A stretch of DNA of 64,000 nt, taken from positions 1,888,001 to 1,952,000 of the forward strand of contig CBDCTZ010000016.1 in NCBI GenBank assembly GCA_965222375.1. The letters are read 5' to 3'. The translations under genes and the position numbers were made by a program. The stretch is from Polyangiaceae bacterium. Its GTDB lineage: Bacteria > Myxococcota_A > Polyangia > Polyangiales > Polyangiaceae. Shown one piece after another: positions 49,551 through 58,573 of the stretch (position 1 is the stretch's first letter; each line of letters opens with the position of its first letter). Below the pieces are notes generated by a model. That model saw nothing but the letters and a program-made list of their open reading frames with translations. It had not been told where the DNA came from and searched no databases.

Positions 49551-51307
49551 TCAGATGCGGCCTGCTTGACCCGGAGCGCAACCGCGCTGGCGCGCTGGAG
49601 CTTGTCGAAGAAGGCGACGTAGCGGCTGTCGATGCCCGCGCCGTCAGTTTTCGGGGGTTGCACGTCGAGGCCCTCGACGACCTCGCTGGACAAGGTGGAC
49701 TCGGGACCGGGGCGGCGTAGTTCGGATCGAGCCAGGTCCCAAGCACCTCGCAGACCACCGCCGCTCTTGAATACCGCGTGTCGTGCCCCGGGGTTGGCCA
49801 CCGTGAGCGCCGCTTCGACGAAAGCCAGCGCGGCCCGACCGTAGCGACGCGGCCGGGAAAGCTGCGCGGTGGGCCGGAGGGGACGCAGGGCAAGCTGCAC
49901 GCCCACGCGCATGTAGCGGGCAAGCTCTTCGAAGGATTCAATGCGGCGCAACATCGACACGGCATATTTGGGGCGCGCGTAGAATCGGAAGTACGCGCGG
50001 CGGGCTTCCTTCTCGAGGTCCGCACGGGAAAGCTCGGTCCAGGGCGTTGGCAACAGGTGCTCCTTGACGCTGCCCTTGACGTACTCACGCCAGTAGTCGA
50101 TTCCCAGAGCGTCCACGACGTGCTTCCGCTCGAGCTCAGTATGCGGCTTGATGATCGCGATCTGATACTGCGCGTAGGTCAACGGCACGGAGAGAGAAAA
50201 GTCGACGGTCTTGCGCAGCGTTTCGCGAGTGTCGCCAGGCGCACCGAGGATGAAGAAGCCCAGGGCCATGATGCCCGCTTCCTGCACGCATTGAAGGGTC
50301 CTGCGCAGCTCGCCGGTCGTGGATTGGCCCTTCATCATGCCCTTGAGCACATCGTCGTCACCGGCTTCGATCCCAAAGTAGATCCGCCGACAACCGCCTT
50401 CGGCCAGGGTCTGGATGAACTCTTCGTCGGGGCCACGCTTGGTGCTGTGGTTGGACAGGGAATCCACCCTCGAGCGGCAGGACCAGATGACGTCGAGGCG
50501 ACGCCGTTTGATCTCCCTCGCTATGGCCATCGCCCGCTCCCGGTCGTGCAGCATCAACGGGTCGAACCAGTCAATCTCACGAATCCCAAGTGCCATGCAC
50601 TCTTCAATCTCTTGGACGACCTGTTCTGGCGCCCTGGCGTCGAAGCCGCTCTGCCGCATGCAACAGAACGTGCACGGGTACGGGCAGCCAACCTCGCTCA
50701 TGCCGATGGTGAAGTTTCGGCGCTGAGAGACGTGGGAGTAGTACAGAGAGTTGTCGAAGATGCTGCGATCCGGCGTGGGGTAGTCGCTGAACTTCGTGCG
50801 CTTGCCGGGAAAGGTGATCCGGGTCTGGCCACCGGAGCGGTATGCGAGGTCCCCGATGCGTTCGTAGCCCCTCTTGCGCTCGAAGGCTTGCAGGAACTCT
50901 GGCAGAAACAGGTGCGCTTCGCCGCCACACAGGTAGTCGAAGCAACCATGGCTCATCAGCTCTTCGACGTAGACTTTGGCTTCATAACCGCCAGCAAGGA
51001 TCGGTACACCTGTGCGCGCCCGGAACTCCTTGGCCCAGGGGATCATGTCTTGGATGGTTTGGGCGGCGTGAGCGGAGAAACCGATCAAGTCCGGGTCGTA
51101 TGCTTGGACTTCGGAGATGATCGTATCCAGGCTCTTCTTCGTCGCTGGCGCGTCCCACAGCCGCACGTCCCAGCCCGCCGCTCGAGCGCCCCGGGCAACC
51201 CAGCCGAAGCCGATGTGCGGAAAGAGCCCGAACTCGTCATCAACGGTCGCCAGATTCTCGTTGAACGCCTTGGCAAAGAAGGGCGGGTAGACGAGCGCAA
51301 GCTTCAA
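49547..51307 (-). CDS. cobalamin-binding radical SAM protein
   Basis: N-terminal LVYPP..DPDLIGFS..LAGG..GGEA (B12-binding-like); GCPYPCTFC; FGIEAG, FFILGAPGDT; TTG start. Confidence 0.88.
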   Translation of the reverse strand: MKLALVYPPFFAKAFNENLATVDDEFGLFPHIGFGWVARGARAAGWDVRLWDAPATKKSLDTIISEVQAYDPDLIGFSAHAAQTIQDMIPWAKEFRARTGVPILAGGYEAKVYVEELMSHGCFDYLCGGEAHLFLPEFLQAFERKRGYERIGDLAYRSGGQTRITFPGKRTKFSDYPTPDRSIFDNSLYYSHVSQRRNFTIGMSEVGCPYPCTFCCMRQSGFDARAPEQVVQEIEECMALGIREIDWFDPLMLHDRERAMAIAREIKRRRLDVIWSCRSRVDSLSNHSTKRGPDEEFIQTLAEGGCRRIYFGIEAGDDDVLKGMMKGQSTTGELRRTLQCVQEAGIMALGFFILGAPGDTRETLRKTVDFSLSVPLTYAQYQIAIIKPHTELERKHVVDALGIDYWREYVKGSVKEHLLPTPWTELSRADLEKEARRAYFRFYARPKYAVSMLRRIESFEELARYMRVGVQLALRPLRPTAQLSRPRRYGRAALAFVEAALTVANPGARHAVFKSGGGLRGAWDLARSELRRPGPESTLSSEVVEGLDVQPPKTDGAGIDSRYVAFFDKLQRASAVALRVKQAASE

Positions 51308-51394
51308 CGGAACACCTGGGATTCATTATAGTCTGTCGCTGGCCGGGTGTAAGGCCGATCCGGTCCCTGCCTGATACTACCATCGCCAGCTCCC

Positions 51395-52051
51395 ATGTTG
51401 CGTCGCCTCCACCCCGTGATCACGCTGAACTTCGCCATCACGGCGGCGTTCGTAGTTGCTGCGGTGTTTGCCCCGGACGCCTTCCTGGCGATTCGTGCGA
51501 AGCGGGAAGGGCCCATTGAACACGTGTCGCACGTTGCCCTCTTGGCGGCATCGGTAGTCTGGCTCGCGGCGCTGCGGTCGCTGCGGGGACGAAAACGCAG
51601 GTTCGCCATTGGTGTGGCGGGCTACGTGCTGCTGCTCTTGCTCGAGGAGATAGACTGGGGACTGGTCTACGGTTTGGACATTGGGTTCAAGAACGTGTTC
51701 GGCGTCCCGTCCTTTCATCAGACGACCTGGGAAAACGAGTACGTTTGGCAAGACAAGTTGTACTGGTTCGGTGCGCCCATCGCTTTGTTCTTCGTTGCAC
51801 CTTGGCTCGGTCGCTGGACCGAGGGGTTGCGCCCCGTCGCGCCGACACGCGCCGACGGCATCGTCTTCGTTGTCGTGTTGGCTACCTTCTTGGTCGTGGA
51901 TCAGTTTCATCGTCACGCGATGAGCAGCTATCAAGCTGTGATTTACCTGCTCATCGCGTGGGTGGGCGCTGGGGCCGCCGGCTATCGCAAGCTGAGCGCA
52001 CCCGAGAGCGCCGGCCAACGCCAGGCATCGAGGGATCACTGCGCGCCATGA
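51395..52051 (+). CDS. hypothetical membrane protein
   Basis: About six TM segments; REGPIE and LEEIDWG motifs. Confidence 0.7.
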   Translation: MLRRLHPVITLNFAITAAFVVAAVFAPDAFLAIRAKREGPIEHVSHVALLAASVVWLAALRSLRGRKRRFAIGVAGYVLLLLLEEIDWGLVYGLDIGFKNVFGVPSFHQTTWENEYVWQDKLYWFGAPIALFFVAPWLGRWTEGLRPVAPTRADGIVFVVVLATFLVVDQFHRHAMSSYQAVIYLLIAWVGAGAAGYRKLSAPESAGQRQASRDHCAP

Positions 52052-52192
52052 CGCCATGCAGGGGCGACCGCGCCGGGGTCCGCATGGCTGAGACCAAGTA
52101 GAACCTGGACGCGCCGCCAACAAAGTCAGCGAAAACATGTCTCGGGGTGTGGCGACTTGCATGACCGAAGTCAATCCGGGAACATGTTGGAC

Positions 52193-52489
52193 ATGAGGCG
52201 GCGACGTAAGGGTGTGGGCAAGAAGCTGTTGGTTGCGTCGGTTGGCGTTGCCGCGGTCACGTACGTGGCAGCGTGCAGTAGCGATGACGACGGCGGCACG
52301 AATACGTCGAAGGATGCCGGTGCTGATACCAATCAGTTCGATGTCGTCGCGAACTTGGTGGCTCCGGACACGGGTACCGGGGGCAACGGCGGAAGTGGTG
52401 GCACCGACGCGGGCCAAGACGCACCCGATGACGTCAATCAATTGGACGTGGTCGCAAACTTGGTCGCCCCGGACACCGGCACGGACTAA
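52193..52489 (+). CDS. small lipoprotein-type peptide with two NQ(F/L)DVVANLVAPDTGT repeats, candidate precursor
   Basis: Basic N-terminus, hydrophobic stretch ending YVAAC, Gly/Asp linkers, 16-aa repeats at 52331-52378 and 52436-52483; start could be 52184. Confidence 0.75.
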   Translation: MRRRRKGVGKKLLVASVGVAAVTYVAACSSDDDGGTNTSKDAGADTNQFDVVANLVAPDTGTGGNGGSGGTDAGQDAPDDVNQLDVVANLVAPDTGTD

Positions 52490-52498
52490 AATAACTCC

Positions 52499-53305
52499 AT
52501 GAGTGGAGAGTTGTTCGAGCTCGAGCTCTTTGGCGAGGGTATGGAGCGTCGCTATCGGCGTGCACGCCCCGAGGTCGAGGCGATGCCCTGGGGGACCATG
52601 AACCCTAAGGACTATCCTGAAGCTGCCCTGCTGAGAGCCAGGAAGCAGTGGACAGGCGCTGCCTTCCAAGAGCATCGAACAGGCATTGCTTGTGCCTCGG
52701 CGTTGCGCTCCTTGATGGAGTGCCGCGCGCCTCTGGATCTGATCGCCATGGCCTCCCGCTTTCCTCTCGATGAGGTGGTGCATGTCGAATTGTGCGCGCG
52801 CATGGCGATGGAACTCGGAGGTGGCACCGAGATCACCCACGACCCCGACGAGATGATCGTGGACGCTCCGCCGGAATTGCGCCCGATGATGCGGGCGGCG
52901 GACAAGGTCGTACGTTACTTCTGCGTGGGCGAAGCTCTGAGCATCCCGCTGCTGCGCGGCACCTGGAAAGCCGCGAAGCACCCGTTGCCTCGCGCGGTGC
53001 TTGGACGCATCGTCAAGGACGAGGCGGCCCACGGCGTGTTCGGGTTTGCGTTCCTCGAGTGGGCCATCGACGACTTCTCGGAAGACGAACGCGCCCACCT
53101 CGGCCGCGCTGCAGACCGAACCATTCGCGCGATTCAGCGGCAATGGCAGGGTATCGAGCGGGGGCGGTCAGCGGACTACGACGAGAAGATGGGCGACGCT
53201 CTTGGATGGATGCAGACCGACTCCTATTTGGAGCTGGCCAAAAAGTCCATGGAGGACCGGGTTCGCGCTCCTCTGCGTGAGTACGACATCCCCATCTCGG
53301 CTTGA
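52499..53305 (+). CDS. ferritin-like di-iron enzyme
   Basis: Ligand pattern QEH..DEVVH..CVGE..DEAAH (E, ExxH, E, ExxH) in a 268-aa helical protein. Confidence 0.85.
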   Translation: MSGELFELELFGEGMERRYRRARPEVEAMPWGTMNPKDYPEAALLRARKQWTGAAFQEHRTGIACASALRSLMECRAPLDLIAMASRFPLDEVVHVELCARMAMELGGGTEITHDPDEMIVDAPPELRPMMRAADKVVRYFCVGEALSIPLLRGTWKAAKHPLPRAVLGRIVKDEAAHGVFGFAFLEWAIDDFSEDERAHLGRAADRTIRAIQRQWQGIERGRSADYDEKMGDALGWMQTDSYLELAKKSMEDRVRAPLREYDIPISA

Positions 53306-53311
53306 GCGCAG

Positions 53312-54454
53312 CTACTTCAAGGGCTGCTTGGGCACAGCACGTACTACCAACACGATATCGACACGCCCCTTTGCCGGGTCCAGCTTGGTTTCTGGCGTGA
53401 CATTCACTTCGGGTGCGTTCTGCTCTTTGTGAAGCGCAACCAGTCGCGCCAGATCAGCCTGCAGCTTGCTGCGATTGAAAACATCCCCGGCCTTCATGCT
53501 GAGCCGACGCAAGTAGGCTCTCTTCGTCGTCGCCAAGTCGCCCTGCACTTGGATGGACCCGATCTTGAACACCCGGCCTTCGGTGATCGAGATGCGGACG
53601 ACAAGCGCGCCATCAACCACGCTGATCTTCGGTGGCGCGACGTTGGCCGTGATGAAACCACGATCGTAGTAGAGAGCCTGCACGCTCAGGATGTCCCGCT
53701 CCAGCTGTGCATCGCGCAGCGGCTGGCCGGGGCGCGCCTGCACCAGGGAGGCAAGCTCTGGGGTGGGCACTTTGGCGTTGCCGGTGATGGTCACGCGTTT
53801 CAGCCGCAACTTCCGCCCCTTGTGTAGATGTACGCAAACGTCGACGCGTCCGTCGTTCACGCGCTGCCCGGTGATCGTAATTCCAGCCTCGCGAAAGCCT
53901 TGCTCGAAAAGCTGCTCCTTTGCCGTCGACAGCCCCGCCGCGACCGCCGCGGCTTGATAGCTCTTTCCGGGCGCAAGGCCGAGTCCGAGCTCCTGCGTCC
54001 CCCTGTCGCCGCGGTGATACACCGAGCGGACGGTAGGCGCGCTCCGTGGGGCGAACTCCACGACTCGAGCGTTCTTGCTGCCGAAAGTTCGTACTTGCAC
54101 GTCCTCCAGGCCGCCCAATGTCCACAACCGCTTCACGTCGGCTCGGATGGCATCGTCGCTAGCAGCCTGGCCAGCTCGAGTCTTCAGGATGGCTTTCGCT
54201 CTGGCTCTGAGGTCGGGACTCGTTGCCTTTACCCGCACTTCCGCGATCTTGCCGTCAAAGGACTCGAAAACGCTGCTCACGCTGTCTGCCGGGTCGGTGG
54301 CGTCGAGAGCCGTCGCGTTGGCTTCACACGCCGCGGCTTCAGCATCTACGGGTGTGGGGGCCTCTACAGGAGAGGCCGGAGGCGTGACCGGTGCTGGCGC
54401 CGGCGCGCCGCCACAGCCGAAGGCGGCCAAGCTCAGTGCGACGAGCCATCTCAT
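53312..54454 (-). CDS. POTRA-domain lipoprotein without beta-barrel
   Basis: AAFGC lipobox; about four POTRA-like repeats (DVKRLWTLG, LFEQGF, ITGN..LYYDRGF..ITEG, GDVFNRSKL). Confidence 0.8.
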   Translation of the reverse strand: MRWLVALSLAAFGCGGAPAPAPVTPPASPVEAPTPVDAEAAACEANATALDATDPADSVSSVFESFDGKIAEVRVKATSPDLRARAKAILKTRAGQAASDDAIRADVKRLWTLGGLEDVQVRTFGSKNARVVEFAPRSAPTVRSVYHRGDRGTQELGLGLAPGKSYQAAAVAAGLSTAKEQLFEQGFREAGITITGQRVNDGRVDVCVHLHKGRKLRLKRVTITGNAKVPTPELASLVQARPGQPLRDAQLERDILSVQALYYDRGFITANVAPPKISVVDGALVVRISITEGRVFKIGSIQVQGDLATTKRAYLRRLSMKAGDVFNRSKLQADLARLVALHKEQNAPEVNVTPETKLDPAKGRVDIVLVVRAVPKQPLK

Positions 54455-55026
54455 GGCCGAACCCGAATCGTGATCCGGCTCTTCTTCTTCAAACCGTCGA
54501 CCCAGCGTTTTCGTTCAGCCTCCAGGCGCTTCAACCCTTTCGGACCCGTCGCGTCGATCTCGCGTCGCGCAATGTGGAGCTTCAGCAGCTTGGCCTCGAG
54601 AAGCTGATGCCGAAGCTCTGAGCGGTAGATGCTCTCAGACATTCCCTCCTTGCCGACTGCAACCAGCAGTTCCTTTTGCGAAACCCCGTTCTGCTTCGCT
54701 ACGGCCGCCACGGCCCGGTCCACCTCCCGCGGGCTGACCGACATCTTTACGGCGGCGGCCTCTTTGGCCACGACGGCTCGTTCGATCTCTCGCGTCAGCA
54801 GTTGCTCGAAGATCTCTTTCCGAGCGCTGGGCCTTTTGCTCTTGGGCAGCCGCTGCAGTTGTTTTCGCATAGCGAGGGCGGCGCGCCGCAGGTCCGATAG
54901 CCAGATGGGACTGCCATCAACGAACGCTACGACTCGTTCGATCGTTCGTGCTGGGGGCGGGTTGGGTGCGGCCGTCGCGGCCGCAGGAATGAGCAGGCCA
55001 AGGCATACCAGAGTTGCGATTCGCAT
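54451..55026 (-). CDS. SurA N-terminal domain protein without PPIase domain
   Basis: Signal peptide, IERVVAFVDGSPIWLSDL, EVDRAV..VAKQNG, WVDGLKKKSRI; ATGA overlap with the POTRA gene. Confidence 0.8.
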   Translation of the reverse strand: MRIATLVCLGLLIPAAATAAPNPPPARTIERVVAFVDGSPIWLSDLRRAALAMRKQLQRLPKSKRPSARKEIFEQLLTREIERAVVAKEAAAVKMSVSPREVDRAVAAVAKQNGVSQKELLVAVGKEGMSESIYRSELRHQLLEAKLLKLHIARREIDATGPKGLKRLEAERKRWVDGLKKKSRITIRVRP

Positions 55027-55039
55027 GAGCTCCCCTTGG

Positions 55040-55798
55040 CTAGTCGCGTGACGGTTGTGTGGGAATGGCCATTCGACGTCGGTAGGACCTCGGCGGAAAG
55101 AACGCGATCCAAATGCTGATGGCACTCACCATCGCGAACCCCGAGACAAGACTGATCGCCCAGAGATGCGCGCGAATCCCAGTTCCGTAGACCAGGCGGT
55201 GGACGATCGGCACGACGTAGGCTGCGCCGGACGCCAACATCGCGACGCCCCAAAGACCGACACGGTGAACAACGCGAGGCTCCGCGAGCCCGATGCGCTG
55301 GCGCCGACGGAGCTTGGAGTGAAACCGCAAGCATTCGAAGGCGAGCCAGACCGGCGGAAGACCGCGCGCCGCCAGGCCCAGTGGTATCCACGGCCCCGAG
55401 CTGGGCGTTGAGTCCGTGTAGCGCAGGATCTGACCAGAAACGACTTCTCCCAAGAAAGCACCGGTGCCTATGAGTGCAAGCGCAGCGACCACGCCAGTGG
55501 CCCAACGGTCCTTGGCGTGGAACACTCGCCACGCAAACAGCGCCAGCGCGGCGACACCGGCGTACTCGATGGCGACACCAAGCACCGTCAGGCCCATGCG
55601 TGTCGCGAGCGTGCCGTCCAGGAGGAACTTGCCCGCCGTGCCTACCGCGAATGCCAAGAATCCGGTGCAGAGTAGGGCGACCGCCATGAGCAGTTCGGGC
55701 AGTTTGCGGGTGCGCAGGTAGTGCCACACGAGGCGGCTGCCCACGACAAGAGACGTGAGCATGAAGAGCACTACGCCGATCAAAGGGGCGTATTTCAT
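55040..55798 (-). CDS. hypothetical roughly seven-TM membrane protein
   Basis: About seven hydrophobic segments; RTRKLPEL and FFPP motifs. Confidence 0.7.
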   Translation of the reverse strand: MKYAPLIGVVLFMLTSLVVGSRLVWHYLRTRKLPELLMAVALLCTGFLAFAVGTAGKFLLDGTLATRMGLTVLGVAIEYAGVAALALFAWRVFHAKDRWATGVVAALALIGTGAFLGEVVSGQILRYTDSTPSSGPWIPLGLAARGLPPVWLAFECLRFHSKLRRRQRIGLAEPRVVHRVGLWGVAMLASGAAYVVPIVHRLVYGTGIRAHLWAISLVSGFAMVSAISIWIAFFPPRSYRRRMAIPTQPSRD

Positions 55799-56133
55799 CG
55801 GCGCTTTCCTTCCGGCCCCTCAGCGTCGAGACGCGCAAACACATCGTACGCCGTGTCCTCCATCGGGGGTTCCGAAAGACTCGTGCCGCCCGCGCGAAGC
55901 TTGTCCGCGATTTCGTGGCATAGCTGCTCCGCGTCAGTGACCCGCCGTTTGTTCAATGCCGCGGGCATGAGACGCATCAAAACGACGTCCATTTGGTACG
56001 CCGCCACGCTATTCGGATCCAGTCCGGCGTCTTTCAGCATCAGGCGCACCGTTCCACGCGCCTCGAGACGAGACAGATGGGTCCTCTCCTCCAGCTCTTT
56101 GGCGACCCAGGCGAATACTTCCGACTCCGCCAT
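55795..56133 (-). CDS. small hypothetical cytoplasmic helical protein
   Basis: LSRLEARGTVRLMLKDAGLDP; GAGGGG RBS; ATGA overlap with the TM gene. Confidence 0.7.
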   Translation of the reverse strand: MAESEVFAWVAKELEERTHLSRLEARGTVRLMLKDAGLDPNSVAAYQMDVVLMRLMPAALNKRRVTDAEQLCHEIADKLRAGGTSLSEPPMEDTAYDVFARLDAEGPEGKRR

Positions 56134-56246
56134 CCCCTCGACTGACCCCACAACTACGCTAGCAAAAGCGGATGCCCTGGATCAATTGGCAGATGGGCGG
56201 CGCCGCCGAGGCTAGGGGCCTAGGGTGAAAAAGCGCTCCGACCCGA

Positions 56247-57626
56247 CTAGTCCTCCAGCCCAATCTCCAGCAGCTGTCGACGCTTCTCCGGAGGTTTGCC
56301 GCGGTCTTCTGGCCGCACGCTCAAGGAGTCTCGATACATCCGCAGTGCCACGGCGCCTTGGATCGCGTGCTGGGCTCGTGTGCTGAGCAGTGCCGTCTTC
56401 AAATAGGCACGCAGGCGTCGCGTGGAGGCTGCGCCGTACACGCCGGCCAGGCTCCACAGCTCCGCCCACTGGCGCTGAGTCCGATAGCCCGAGCTGGTTC
56501 TGGCGTGGGGCACCTCCCGAGTCGTGCCGTCGGGCAGTACGGCGACGATGCCCAAGTCAGGCATCCTAGAGGCGGCTCGCCACTCGAAAGTCGGGTAGCA
56601 GGCGAAGGGATAGGAGTGCATTTGGCCGCGCGCGCCCTGGACCGTCGCGAAGGTGAGCAAGGACGCCGCCACACCGATGCGCAGCCATGCTGGTAGGTCC
56701 CTGCTAGGCAAGTCCTCTGGCGGCGCGCTGTTGGACCTGCCTTCGGTGGGCTCACCGGCTTGCTTTCGCTGCTTTCGCCACTCCGCCAGTTTGCGCGCCA
56801 GGGGGCGCAGGATCGGACGGGGATCCACCAAGGCGACGTAGCAGAGCCACAGGCTGGCGAAGGGAATGCGAAAGATGGCCTCCGTCATCAGGTGAAACAG
56901 CACCCCGCACAAAGCCAACCAGGGACGAAAGCGTTGAAAAAGCACCAGAAAGATGAAGCCCAGCTCGAACGCGATCACGAAAACGCCCCCAGCCTGCAGC
57001 GCGTATGGGATCTGATCGATCCGAAAGCTGGGCACTTCGCCGTGCTGCAGCCACTTCCAGTGCAGCTGGTTCTGCAGATTGTCAGACAAGACCCAAGCCG
57101 TGCCGGAGACGTACAGCTTGCGAAAACCAGGAAAGAAGTAGATCACCCCGAACAACAAGCGCACCACCAACAGAGGCAGCGCGTAACGTTCGTGTGCGTG
57201 GTCCCAAGGAAACTCGGCGTCGAAGGCGAGCACGTCTCCGCAGGGGCTGACCGCGAGCACCGCCGAGAACCAGAGCAAGTGCATGTCGTGCCAGACGAAC
57301 CCCGTGAGCTGCGCTATCGCGAATAGATAGAATCCACTCAGGGTGAGCCCCGTGAAGGCGGCACGGGTGTACACGCCCAGTGCACCAAGGACCGCAAAGA
57401 ACAGCACCGCCCCTTGCGCTACCCGCGCGACGTCGACGCGGATGGGCACGACCGCGACGAACCAATGCAGGCCCTCGGGCACGACGAAGCGGGCCGGATC
57501 CCAGGCTGCAACTTGCACCCCCGCCGCAAAGCCTGGCGCGAGCAGAAACATGAGCGCCACCACTACGCGCAGCAGCGCCAGACTCAGGGCGGGCTCTGCA
57601 GGGAGCCTTTTGGCAACCAGGGCCAC
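56247..57626 (-). CDS. HTTM-domain membrane protein
   Basis: LALLRVVV, GVYTR, IYFFPGFRKL...W, FELGF, LFHL..F, YPFACYPTF. Confidence 0.75.
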   Translation of the reverse strand: MALVAKRLPAEPALSLALLRVVVALMFLLAPGFAAGVQVAAWDPARFVVPEGLHWFVAVVPIRVDVARVAQGAVLFFAVLGALGVYTRAAFTGLTLSGFYLFAIAQLTGFVWHDMHLLWFSAVLAVSPCGDVLAFDAEFPWDHAHERYALPLLVVRLLFGVIYFFPGFRKLYVSGTAWVLSDNLQNQLHWKWLQHGEVPSFRIDQIPYALQAGGVFVIAFELGFIFLVLFQRFRPWLALCGVLFHLMTEAIFRIPFASLWLCYVALVDPRPILRPLARKLAEWRKQRKQAGEPTEGRSNSAPPEDLPSRDLPAWLRIGVAASLLTFATVQGARGQMHSYPFACYPTFEWRAASRMPDLGIVAVLPDGTTREVPHARTSSGYRTQRQWAELWSLAGVYGAASTRRLRAYLKTALLSTRAQHAIQGAVALRMYRDSLSVRPEDRGKPPEKRRQLLEIGLED

Positions 57627-57706
57627 GCCGCGAGAATGCCACGACTCGCTCTACGGCGGCGCTCGAGTGCTTGTATCCGGCGCAAGCTGGCCCCATCTTC
57701 TGGAGG

Positions 57707-58573
57707 ATGTCGGAGCGAGACACCAAGATCGGGCCGACCGCCCACTACACGGCCTACGTGTGGCACCGCTTGGGCATGCCCCATGCTGAGCACTTCGCGA
57801 CGGCGAAGGGGCGCGGCCTGTTCTGGAGCTTTCGGCTAGCCGGCGAGTGGATTGCGTTGGCGCTTCCCACCCATCCAAGCATGGAGCAGTACCTCGAGAT
57901 GCGTCACCGCGCGCTGGAGAAAGTGCTCTTCGACGAACAGCCCGACTGCGTCGTCGAACTGGGCGCAGGGCTATCTCGACGTGGGTTGACCTGGGCCGCC
58001 GATCACGGTGTTCGCTATGTGGAAGTGGACTTGCCTCACATGGTCGATGCGAAACGCAAGACCATCCAGACGCGTGTGCCCGCGATAGTTCGAAGCCGCG
58101 CAGCAGATCTGCTTTCCCATGTCTCGATGGACGTGCTTTCGGATGGGTTGATTGATGAACTGGGGAGCGTTTTGGCTGGCGCCAGGAGGCCGGTCGTGTT
58201 GGCGGAGGGATTGTTGGGCTACTTCCCGATGGATGAGCGAGCCCAGATAGTCGCTCGCATTCGCCAAGCCCTGACTCGTGCGGGGGGTGGGAAGTTCGCG
58301 TGTGACCTGCGCGCGGCCGAGGGTGGCGCCGCCGTCGCAACCGCGGCCAAGGCGCTCCGGGGAGCGGTTTGGATTGCGACCCGGGGGCGCGGGCTGCGCA
58401 AGGACTTCGAAAGCCACGCGCAAGTGCGGGAGTTCTTCCGCACCGCGGGCTTTGCGAGTGTGGAGACCGTGGACATTTCCGAAGTCAGCCCGGAGCTGAA
58501 CCGGGTGAAATCCCCTGCGCGAGTGTGGCTGTGTAGTGTGCCGACGGCGCGAATCGCGTTCGGCGCCGCCTAG
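57707..58573 (+). CDS. SAM-dependent methyltransferase, LCM/TcmP-like
   Basis: IGPTAHYT, VVELGAGLS.R, YVEVDLP, LAEGLLGYF; GGAGG RBS. Confidence 0.85.
   Translation: MSERDTKIGPTAHYTAYVWHRLGMPHAEHFATAKGRGLFWSFRLAGEWIALALPTHPSMEQYLEMRHRALEKVLFDEQPDCVVELGAGLSRRGLTWAADHGVRYVEVDLPHMVDAKRKTIQTRVPAIVRSRAADLLSHVSMDVLSDGLIDELGSVLAGARRPVVLAEGLLGYFPMDERAQIVARIRQALTRAGGGKFACDLRAAEGGAAVATAAKALRGAVWIATRGRGLRKDFESHAQVREFFRTAGFASVETVDISEVSPELNRVKSPARVWLCSVPTARIAFGAA

Noticed and set aside
46516..51307. Assigning hpn gene symbols
   Set aside because: Similarity is at family level only and no squalene-hopene cyclase or other core gene is in the window.
49778..51331. 517-aa + strand ORF
   Set aside because: Antisense shadow of the B12 radical SAM gene.
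51377..53143. 588-aa minus-strand ORF
   Set aside because: Antisense to three coherent + strand genes; typical high-GC shadow.
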